The notes below the pieces were generated by a model. It was not told the DNA's origin, searched no databases, and saw nothing but the letters and a program-made list of their open reading frames with translations. The position numbers were made by a program, and so were the translations under genes. 47,200 nt of DNA from Bacteroidia bacterium (lineage in GTDB: Bacteria > Bacteroidota > Bacteroidia > J057 > RFSG01), in NCBI GenBank assembly GCA_040381555.1, contig JBEIHC010000004.1, forward strand, positions 1-47,200, given 5' to 3'. Below are positions 38,319 through 47,200 of this stretch, one piece after another. Position 1 is the stretch's first letter. Every line of letters starts with the position of its first letter.

Positions 38319-39597
38319 CAGAACACAAGCACCCCCGGCAGGAAAGGTACAATTGAGCTCTTTTCCTCGCCTATTCAAGGAGACTCTGAGTAATGGAATT
38401 CCAGTTATCCATCTGCCATTTGGCAGGGAAGATTTGGTGGAGATACAAATGGTTTATCGTGCCGGTCATTCATTTGAAAACCAATCTGGTCTTACTCAGG
38501 TAACTTCTCGTATGATGCAGGAAGGCAACCGAAGCTATGATAGTCTTGCTTTCGCTGAAATACTGGATTTTTATGGTGCGTCAGTCGACATTGAGTCTGG
38601 GTTTGAATCTACTTCCTTTTCTCTGACTACCCTCACTCGGCATTTGGATAAAACCGTGGATTTACTCCAGGAAATGCTGCTGCATCCATCTTTTCCGGAA
38701 AAAGAGTTTACTCAATACCGTCAAAGAAGTCTGCAACAACTTTCAGTAGAAGAAAAGAAGACTGGTTATGTAGCAAGAAGAAATTTCTCCCGTTTATTAT
38801 TTGGCTCTCAACATCCGTATGGCAGAATGACCGGACGAGAAGAACTGACAGCTATACAGCATGATCAGTTACGGGCTTGTTATCATACCTTCTTCAGGCC
38901 AGGACCTGCAGTGATTCTCTGTTCCGGGAAATATGAAACGGATACCTTGCTGGATGTATTAAATGGAGCATTCGGAAAAATGACCTATTTGCCCACACAG
39001 CAGGCATCACTTGCTGCCGGGACCCTGTTTCCAACAGAAACGGGCATTCACCATTTTCCGGTAGCCGATTCATTACAATCTACCATTAGAGCCGGCGTCC
39101 CTTCTATTTCCAGAAACCATGCTGATTATTATCCTCTTTTGATGACGAGTATTATTTTGGGAGGATATTTTGGATCCCGATTAATGAAAAACATTCGGGA
39201 GGAAAAAGGCTACACCTATGGAATTGGTTGCTCCCTTAATGCGTTGAGACATTCAGGTTCTTTTTCCATTGGTACGGATGTGGGGCATGATTTTGTTGAA
39301 CCCTGTATTCGGGAGATTCATTTGGAGATAGAGCGTATGCGGGAGGAACCGGTAAGTTTTGAGGAGTTGGAAACAGCTCGAAATTATTTCCTTGGCTTGG
39401 TACTTTCGAGAAGAGAAACGCTTTTTCAATTGGGAGAAACGCTGAAAAATGCTTGGGTGAATGACTTGGACTTAGCTGATTTTGACCGAGCATTTCGGGA
39501 AATGAAAGATTTAACTCCGGCAGACATCCAGAATTATTCAAGAAAGTACTTAAATCCATCGGAGTTTGTGTGGGTTATTGCAGGTAAGAATGCATAA
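38308..39597 (+). CDS. M16 peptidase, non-catalytic partner subunit
   Basis: 429 aa. No HxxEH; carries SRLMKNIREEKGYTYG (R/Y pair). Overlaps the partner gene by 11 nt. Confidence 0.9.
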   Translation: MAIDRTQAPPAGKVQLSSFPRLFKETLSNGIPVIHLPFGREDLVEIQMVYRAGHSFENQSGLTQVTSRMMQEGNRSYDSLAFAEILDFYGASVDIESGFESTSFSLTTLTRHLDKTVDLLQEMLLHPSFPEKEFTQYRQRSLQQLSVEEKKTGYVARRNFSRLLFGSQHPYGRMTGREELTAIQHDQLRACYHTFFRPGPAVILCSGKYETDTLLDVLNGAFGKMTYLPTQQASLAAGTLFPTETGIHHFPVADSLQSTIRAGVPSISRNHADYYPLLMTSIILGGYFGSRLMKNIREEKGYTYGIGCSLNALRHSGSFSIGTDVGHDFVEPCIREIHLEIERMREEPVSFEELETARNYFLGLVLSRRETLFQLGETLKNAWVNDLDLADFDRAFREMKDLTPADIQNYSRKYLNPSEFVWVIAGKNA

Positions 39598-39627
39598 TAA
39601 ATAAATTTATTTACTGTATAGCGGAAT

Positions 39628-40500
39628 ATGATACAATCAATGACAGGATATGGTGCCGGAAGAGCGGCTGGGAGCAGGGGAGCGGTACTAGTAGAATTGC
39701 GTTCCCTGAACAGCAAATTTTTGGAAATATTTTTAAAAATGCCTTTTCAGGATGCGGTATTAGAAAATGAAATCCGCGGCATGCTTTCAAGAGAACTGAT
39801 CAGAGGCAAGGTTTCTGTTCAGATTACTTTAGAGGGTATCACAGCAGATCTGAGTCAGCAACTAGATGCTCAGGCATTCAAGGGGTATTATGAGCAACTT
39901 CAAGATATCCGCAAGGACTTAGGCATTAAAACTAGGGTAAGAGTATCTGATATTCTGCCCCTACCCGGAGTAGTCATAAATCAGGCATCTGCCACTGATG
40001 AATCCATTCGTGAACCTTTACTACAGGCCATTCATCAGGCTTGTCAGGTGATGATTGAGAACCGTAAAGAAGAAGGGCATGTATTGGAGCTAGACATGCA
40101 ATTGAGGTGCAATCTTATTGAGCAATATTTAAAGGCCGTCCTTCCCTATGAACAAGAAAGGACCGAACACATACGCACGCGGATGCAGCAACACTTGCGT
40201 GAATATTTAGGAAGGGAAGACATTAACCGGGACAGATTTGAGCAGGAGTTGATTTTCTATATAGAGAAATTAGACATTACGGAGGAGAAAATTCGTCTAC
40301 AGGCTCATCTAGACTATTTCCGAAAAACGATAGAAACAGAAGAAATGCCGGGTAAAAAACTGGGATTTATTTCTCAGGAAATGGGTAGGGAAATAAACAC
40401 TTTGGGATCCAAAGCCAATGATGCCTCCATTCAGAAACTGGTAGTAGGCATGAAAGATGAATTAGAAAAGATAAAAGAACAAACAGCCAATATTGTATGA
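39628..40500 (+). CDS. yicC: YicC/YloC family endoribonuclease
   Basis: 290 aa. SMTGYG, RSLNSK, RGKV, GKKLGFISQEMGREINTLGSKAN and EKIKEQ. Confidence 0.93.
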   Translation: MIQSMTGYGAGRAAGSRGAVLVELRSLNSKFLEIFLKMPFQDAVLENEIRGMLSRELIRGKVSVQITLEGITADLSQQLDAQAFKGYYEQLQDIRKDLGIKTRVRVSDILPLPGVVINQASATDESIREPLLQAIHQACQVMIENRKEEGHVLELDMQLRCNLIEQYLKAVLPYEQERTEHIRTRMQQHLREYLGREDINRDRFEQELIFYIEKLDITEEKIRLQAHLDYFRKTIETEEMPGKKLGFISQEMGREINTLGSKANDASIQKLVVGMKDELEKIKEQTANIV

Positions 40501-41087
40501 CCACTCCTCCACTCCGCAAAGGCAGAATCGTCATTTTCTCAGCCCCCAGTGGAGCGGGAAAAACAACGATAGTGCATGAAGTACTTCGCAGACTGAGTTG
40601 CCTGGAATTTTCGGTATCCGCTACAACTCGTCCCAAGCGCGAGCATGAAATTAATGGTAGAGATTATTATTTTTTGTCGGAAGAAAAATTCAGACACTAT
40701 GTACAGAAAGGTTCCTTTCTGGAATGGGAGGAAGTGTATCCTGGTAGGTTTTATGGGACCTTTTTCACAGAAGTAGATAGGATTATTTCCCACGGAAATT
40801 CTGCTGTATTTGATGTGGATGTAAAGGGAGGTCTGAACATCAAGCGGCATTATCAAGGGGAAGCCCTAGCAATTTTTATTATGCCTCCTTCCCCGGAAGC
40901 TCTCAGGGAGCGACTAGAAAAAAGAGGTACGGAAGATCCGGCAGAGATTGACAAGAGGATGGCCCGTGTAATGGAAGAGTTAGAACGGGCACCTGAATTT
41001 GACCGGATGGTTTACAATGAAGATTTGGAAACAGCCATCCAAGAAACCACTCAACTTATACGAGATTTTTTGAATCTACCAGAATGA
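40497..41087 (+). CDS. gmk: Guanylate kinase
   Basis: 196 aa. SAPSGAGKTT, SATTR..R..E.NG.DYYF and YGT. ATGA overlap with yicC. Confidence 0.97.
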   Translation: MTTPPLRKGRIVIFSAPSGAGKTTIVHEVLRRLSCLEFSVSATTRPKREHEINGRDYYFLSEEKFRHYVQKGSFLEWEEVYPGRFYGTFFTEVDRIISHGNSAVFDVDVKGGLNIKRHYQGEALAIFIMPPSPEALRERLEKRGTEDPAEIDKRMARVMEELERAPEFDRMVYNEDLETAIQETTQLIRDFLNLPE

Positions 41088-41656
41088 ACATCGGGCTTTT
41101 CTTTGGATCCTTCAACCCGATTCATCACGGGCATTTAATTTTGGCCCGTACTCTACTGAATCTGACAGATCTCAATGAAATTTGGTTTATTGTTTCCCCT
41201 CATAATCCACTCAAAGAAAAAAGCTCCCTTTTGAATCAGTATGAGCGGATGCACATGGTAGAACTTGCCTTGCAAAAACATGAGGGTATGCGTGCCAGCT
41301 CCATTGAATTTGGCTTACCCCAACCGTCTTATACCATTCATACGCTAACCCATTTGGAGGAAAAATATCCCAATCGAACATTCTCCCTAATCCTAGGGGC
41401 TGACAATCTAGAAGGGTTCACCAAATGGAAACACTATGAACTGATTTTAGAACGCTATGCTCTGCTGGTATATCCCAGAGTGGGGCATCAGCAAAACCCT
41501 TTTCCGGAGCACCCCGGTATTCAACTGATAGAGGCTCCAGTAATAGAACTCTCCTCTACTTTAGTGCGAAAATTTATCAAAAACAATAAACCGATTGACT
41601 ATTTAGTGCCGGATGCTGTCAAGGATTTTTTATTGAAAGAAGGATATTACAAGTAA
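41084..41656 (+). CDS. nadD: Nicotinate-nucleotide adenylyltransferase
   Basis: 190 aa. GSFNPIHHGH, PHNPLK, SYT, GAD, WK and LSST. ATGA overlap with gmk. Confidence 0.96.
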   Translation: MNIGLFFGSFNPIHHGHLILARTLLNLTDLNEIWFIVSPHNPLKEKSSLLNQYERMHMVELALQKHEGMRASSIEFGLPQPSYTIHTLTHLEEKYPNRTFSLILGADNLEGFTKWKHYELILERYALLVYPRVGHQQNPFPEHPGIQLIEAPVIELSSTLVRKFIKNNKPIDYLVPDAVKDFLLKEGYYK

Positions 41657-41732
41657 TTTACAGCGGAGCAATTCCAACACAGAAACCGAAATTCGTTAGT
41701 ATTCCTCACTGCAAATTAAAAACTCAAAACTC

Positions 41733-43358
<1,626 letters not shown>

Positions 43359-43371
43359 TTACAATAAAACG

Positions 43372-43379
43372 CAAAATTA
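43372..43379 (-). promoter_or_regulatory. -7 promoter element of the ABC-F gene
   Basis: TAATTTTG on the minus strand, 22 nt before the ATG. Confidence 0.55.
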
Positions 43380-43462
43380 CTCAAATCCACGGTGCAAGTA
43401 ATCATCTTCATACCAGGTTTTCATAAATAGGCGTAATTTCGCCTCTTCAAATACACAGAAAC

Positions 43463-44188
43463 ATGAACACAAAAATTGTACTCACATTAGGCATTCTCAG
43501 TACGGTACTGCTTTTTGCCTGCCAAACAAAGGTTCCTACGGTTGTCGCCGAAGATCTAAAAACAGAAACGGATTCTATCTCTTATGCTTTAGGAGCGAAT
43601 ATCGGCAATAGCTTTCGTAGTCAAAGTTTAGAAGTGAATCCTATGATGGTTGCTGCAGGTCTTCAGGCAGCTATGGATTCAGCTTCCTTCCTAACGGCTG
43701 ATCAATCTCGTGATATCTTGATGGCATTGAACCAACGCCTGAATCAGCGCGATATGGAAAAAAGACAACAGGAAAACTCTGTAAAGGCTGAGCAAAACAA
43801 ATTGAACGGTGATAATTTCCGAGCAGAATATGCTAAAAAAGCTGGTGTAAAAACCTTACCAGGTGGAATTCTCTACACAGTAATCAAATCTGGCTCAGGA
43901 AAAACTCCTAAGGAAACAGATGTTGTTACTGTACATTACTTAGGTCATTTGGTTGATGGGCAGGAGTTTGACAGTTCCTTCAAACGCGGCGAGCCTGTTA
44001 AATTTCCAGTAAATGGAGTTATCAAAGGCTGGCAGACAGCACTTCAGAATATGAAAGAAGGAGACAAGTGGGAAGTGGTTATTCCTCCAGATTTAGGCTA
44101 TGGCCCTCAGGGAACCGGAGAAATCATTGGTCCAGATGCCACATTGGTATTTGAGGTTGAACTGATTAAAATCGAGAATACTAAATAA
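43463..44188 (+). CDS. FKBP-type peptidyl-prolyl isomerase (FkpA/Mip-like), lipoprotein
   Basis: 241 aa. Lipobox LLFAC, SYALG dimerisation domain, VHYLG, FDSS, VIKGW, IPPDLGYG and LVFEVEL. Confidence 0.94.
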   Translation: MNTKIVLTLGILSTVLLFACQTKVPTVVAEDLKTETDSISYALGANIGNSFRSQSLEVNPMMVAAGLQAAMDSASFLTADQSRDILMALNQRLNQRDMEKRQQENSVKAEQNKLNGDNFRAEYAKKAGVKTLPGGILYTVIKSGSGKTPKETDVVTVHYLGHLVDGQEFDSSFKRGEPVKFPVNGVIKGWQTALQNMKEGDKWEVVIPPDLGYGPQGTGEIIGPDATLVFEVELIKIENTK

Positions 44189-44202
44189 TTTCACTTTACC
44201 CA

Positions 44203-44249
44203 TCAGAATCCCCGAATCCATCTAAATAGGATGCATTCGGGGATTTTGA
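44203..44249 (+). terminator. Stem-loop / probable terminator between the FKBP gene and mtgA
   Basis: AATCCCCGAAT (44207-44217) pairs with ATTCGGGGATT (44235-44245) and the stem extends imperfectly on both sides. The T-tail is short. Confidence 0.55.
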
Positions 44250-44263
44250 ACAAAATCACTTCC

Positions 44264-44962
44264 ATGAAAAGGGCAATTCTCTGGTTAAAAAGAATCATCT
44301 TGGGTTTTCTAGCAGCCACCTTTTTAGGCGTACTAGTATTTAAATGGATACCAGTTCCTTTTACTTGGCTTATGTTGATTCGAAAAACGGAAGCAATTAT
44401 AGATAATTCGAAGAGCTCTGAAATTCAGTATAAATGGAAGTCTTATGAAGATATTTCGCCTAACCTACCCATATCCATGATTGCCTCTGAGGATCAACTA
44501 TTCCTCGAGCATTTTGGATTTGACTTCAAAGCTTTGGAGAAAGCTGTTGAGCACAATAAAAAGAGTAAAAAGAAGCGGGGAGCCAGTACCCTGACGCAAC
44601 AGGTGGCAAAGAATTTATTCCTATGGCCTGGAAGAAGCTATTTACGCAAAGGGTTGGAGGCTTGGTTTACCTTTTGGATTGAAGTATTTTGGAGTAAAAA
44701 GCGCATTTTGGAAGTGTACATGAATATCGCTGAAACTGGAAAACTCTGCTTTGGAGCAGAAGCGGCTGCTCAAAAACACTTTAAAACCAGCGCCAAAAAA
44801 CTCAATGCAGAACAAGCAGCACTTATCACGGCTGTATTGCCCAACCCAATCAAAATGACTGCTGGCAAACCCTCTGGGTATGTTCAATCTCGAAAGCAGC
44901 ACATACTCAGGCAAGTGGGTCTCTTTGGAGGACCTGGATATTTAAAAAATCTCGATAAATAA
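44264..44962 (+). CDS. mtgA: Monofunctional peptidoglycan transglycosylase
   Basis: GT51 motifs SEDQLF..H.GFD, GASTLTQQVAKNLF, RKGLE and KKRILEVYMN. Start moved to ATG 44264 because ATG 44231 lies inside the hairpin. Confidence 0.94.
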   Translation: MKRAILWLKRIILGFLAATFLGVLVFKWIPVPFTWLMLIRKTEAIIDNSKSSEIQYKWKSYEDISPNLPISMIASEDQLFLEHFGFDFKALEKAVEHNKKSKKKRGASTLTQQVAKNLFLWPGRSYLRKGLEAWFTFWIEVFWSKKRILEVYMNIAETGKLCFGAEAAAQKHFKTSAKKLNAEQAALITAVLPNPIKMTAGKPSGYVQSRKQHILRQVGLFGGPGYLKNLDK

Positions 44963-45009
44963 TTGCACTTGGCTGCAGCAGCCTATAAACCCCTTCCGTA
45001 ACTTGCAAA

Positions 45010-46881
45010 ATGGTACGCTTGTTGGGTCTTGGATTTTTTTGGCTTTTGGGGTGCACAATTCTCTCGGCAAATGTTATTGGAAAGATTTCTCCCGAATTCA
45101 TCCATCCGATTAGCACCAAAAATCTGGTTTATGAGGATTCCGTCCCCGATAGTACCCAACTAAAATCAGCTATTCTTCGACACCAATTTCAATATATAGT
45201 CTGGACGGGAGACTTACCTCTGAGATTTCAGCAGAAAGCCAATCGCAAATTACTTCACCTTTCAGATACAACTTCCATAAATCCTATCCTGCAAAAAGTT
45301 GAAGGCTATTTTAAGGAACAAGGGTATGCAGGTGCCAGTATTGACAGCGTCGGGCTAAAGGGAGACTCCTTGCAGATTCATTTTTTTCAAGGCTGGAAAT
45401 TCCGAATGAATAGTATGAATATCACAGGAGTTAGTCCGGAGGCCTGGCAAGAATCCCATTTAACTGGAGCTATGAAAAAGCGACAGGTATATTCAAAAGT
45501 CAGAACAGAAAGTCATTTTTCCTCTCTCCTATCTTACTATCAAAATCGGGGTTACCCTTTTGCTTCCTTAAAAGAAGAGCGAACAGAAATCATTCCGGAT
45601 TCTACCCTAAAGACGACATTAGTTCGGTTTCAGTACGCCTTGGATCCAGGCTCCATTTACTATGTTGACAGTATTATTTTGGAGGGAAAAATTCGTGAAA
45701 ATCCAAAGTTTGTCCAAAATTTGATGCGTATTCATCCGGGTCAACTATATCGCTATTCTGAAATAAAAGAAATACCCGGAATACTTAATAATTCTATTTA
45801 CTATCAAAGAGTTAAAAAGCCAGAAGAAATATTTAGTCTGGATGGCAAAGTAAAATTGCGGATTCCCATAGAGGCAAGAAAAGCCAGCCGATTTGATGGC
45901 TTAATTGGGCTGCTTCCCCCAGTAGACAATACCGCAAAAATTCAAGTTACCGGGCTATTGGATTTTGTTCTAGTTAGCCCTTTTTCGTCTGGGGAGATTC
46001 TGTCCTTAAAGTTTGAACAATTACCCACCCTATCCCAAAGATTAGCGTTAAAATATCAGCAGCCTTGGTTATTCAATTTACCGCTGAAAATAGAAACTGA
46101 GTTGAGCTTGCTCAAGCAGGACACAACTTTCCTTAATCGATTTTTTAAGGTCACTCCCTCTTGGATGCTAAGCCAGCGGGTACAAATTAAAGGCTGGTAT
46201 CGAAATAAAACATCTGTTTTGCTCTCTACTATTCCTTGGCGTAATTCCCGGTCAACCCCACCTATATTGGATAGCTATGAAACTACACTGGGATTTGGTT
46301 TTGAATATGAAAAACTAGATTACCGAATTAACCCCTCTAAGGGTCTTGTATTTAGGTTGGATGCCGGCGCAGGGAATCGTACCATTCGTCGTAATCCGGG
46401 ATTAGATTCATTTGATTATGCCTCCATTCAACTAAAATATCCTGCTCGAGAAGTACAACTTGAAGTACAATGGTTTTTCTCTCCTATCAACAGAAATGTA
46501 TTTCTATTATCCAATCGGTCTTTTCGTCTGGACCAAGTACAATATTTCCGAAATGAATTGGCACAAATTGGAGGAGCCAGAAGCCTCAGAGGCTTCAATG
46601 AAAATCAGTTTTTTGCTCGATATTATACTATTTTCACCTTCGAATATCGGTTTCTTCTGGATGAAAACTCCAACTTATTTGTGTTTTGTGACCAGGGGCG
46701 ATTGGAATGGCGGGAGCCTGGTTTGAAAGAGATTTCTTCACCCACAGGAATAGGTGCTGGCATTAATTTCGATACCAAAGCAGGCATTTTAAATTTAACT
46801 TTTGCCACTGGAAAAGTAGGGGACATTCCATTTTCTCCATCGAGGCCAAGGGTTCATTTTGGAATCGTGAGTCTTTTTTGA
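45010..46881 (+). CDS. BamA/TamA (Omp85) family outer-membrane protein with POTRA-like domains
   Basis: 623 aa. Signal peptide; POTRA-like QGYAGA and NRGYPFA; GGARSLRGF loop motif; EYRF; terminal Phe. Confidence 0.82.
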   Translation: MVRLLGLGFFWLLGCTILSANVIGKISPEFIHPISTKNLVYEDSVPDSTQLKSAILRHQFQYIVWTGDLPLRFQQKANRKLLHLSDTTSINPILQKVEGYFKEQGYAGASIDSVGLKGDSLQIHFFQGWKFRMNSMNITGVSPEAWQESHLTGAMKKRQVYSKVRTESHFSSLLSYYQNRGYPFASLKEERTEIIPDSTLKTTLVRFQYALDPGSIYYVDSIILEGKIRENPKFVQNLMRIHPGQLYRYSEIKEIPGILNNSIYYQRVKKPEEIFSLDGKVKLRIPIEARKASRFDGLIGLLPPVDNTAKIQVTGLLDFVLVSPFSSGEILSLKFEQLPTLSQRLALKYQQPWLFNLPLKIETELSLLKQDTTFLNRFFKVTPSWMLSQRVQIKGWYRNKTSVLLSTIPWRNSRSTPPILDSYETTLGFGFEYEKLDYRINPSKGLVFRLDAGAGNRTIRRNPGLDSFDYASIQLKYPAREVQLEVQWFFSPINRNVFLLSNRSFRLDQVQYFRNELAQIGGARSLRGFNENQFFARYYTIFTFEYRFLLDENSNLFVFCDQGRLEWREPGLKEISSPTGIGAGINFDTKAGILNLTFATGKVGDIPFSPSRPRVHFGIVSLF

Positions 46882-46946
46882 GAGTTGAATTCAGAAAGAG
46901 ATCCTGCTTGATAGAGAAAAGATTTAAGGATAGAGTTGTAGAGGTC

Positions 46947-47200
46947 TGGCAAGCGTCCCTTGTCAAAAAGTCGATCCAACTTTAACCACTTTGGCAAGCG
47001 TCCCTTGTCAAAAAGTCGGTCTAACTTTGACCACACTCTGGCAAGCGTCCCTTGTCTTGGCAAGCGTCCCTTGTCAAAAAATCGATCCAACAATAACCCC
47101 TCTGGCAAGCGTCCCTTGTCTTGGCAAGCGTCCCTTGTCTTGGCAAGCGTCCCTTGACTTGGCAAGCGTCCCTTGTCAAAAAGTCTCTCCAACAATAACC
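46947..47200. repeat. Compound tandem array of an 18-bp hairpin core (REP/BIME-like), truncated by the window edge
   Basis: TGGCAAGCGTCCCTTGTC starts at 46947, 46992, 47039, 47058, 47103, 47122, 47141 (one mismatch) and 47160. Spacings are 45, 47, 19, 45, 19, 19, 19, and the long linkers resemble one another. Confidence 0.9.

Noticed and set aside
46854-47195. ORFs 46854..47195(-) and 46960..47157(+) with DKGRLP / GKRPLS repeats
   Set aside because: They are translations of the DNA repeat; the 19-bp and 47-bp periods are not multiples of three, so the repeat is not coding.
46947-47200. CRISPR array
   Set aside because: The repeat is only 18 bp, four junctions have a 1-nt spacer, the long linkers are variants of one sequence rather than unique spacers, and no cas gene is in the window.

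Overview
A 47.2-kb window that looks like Bacteroidota core chromosome. The evidence is four type IX secretion (T9SS) C-terminal-domain cargo proteins, TAnnTTTG-type promoters, a Bacteroidota-type OmpH and a fused E1 dehydrogenase. Housekeeping blocks are yceD-rpmF-plsX-fabH-accB-accC followed by a GT2 gene, prmA with an acyl-CoA synthetase, degP/htrA, polA, a SRAP/HMCES gene, an M16 peptidase pair-yicC-gmk-nadD, an ABC-F ATPase, an FKBP PPIase, mtgA and a BamA/TamA-like barrel. Accessory-looking genes are a LytS/LytTR two-component pair, the four T9SS cargoes and several small hypothetical proteins. I found no rRNA, tRNA, transposase, integrase or CRISPR-cas, and I cannot support a clearly new multi-gene system. 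The best second-look items are: a GTAG-flanked REPIN-like palindrome doublet at the left edge; a compound 18-bp hairpin repeat array at the right edge (not a CRISPR); a recurring TAnnTT promoter-like motif 11-13 nt before at least seven start codons (possible leaderless mRNAs); a perfect 19-bp palindrome over the fatty-acid operon promoter; a small secreted FAD-repeat protein that may be knotted; and unnamed Cys-rich domains in the T9SS cargoes. All product calls come from motif recognition by eye; no database searches were run.
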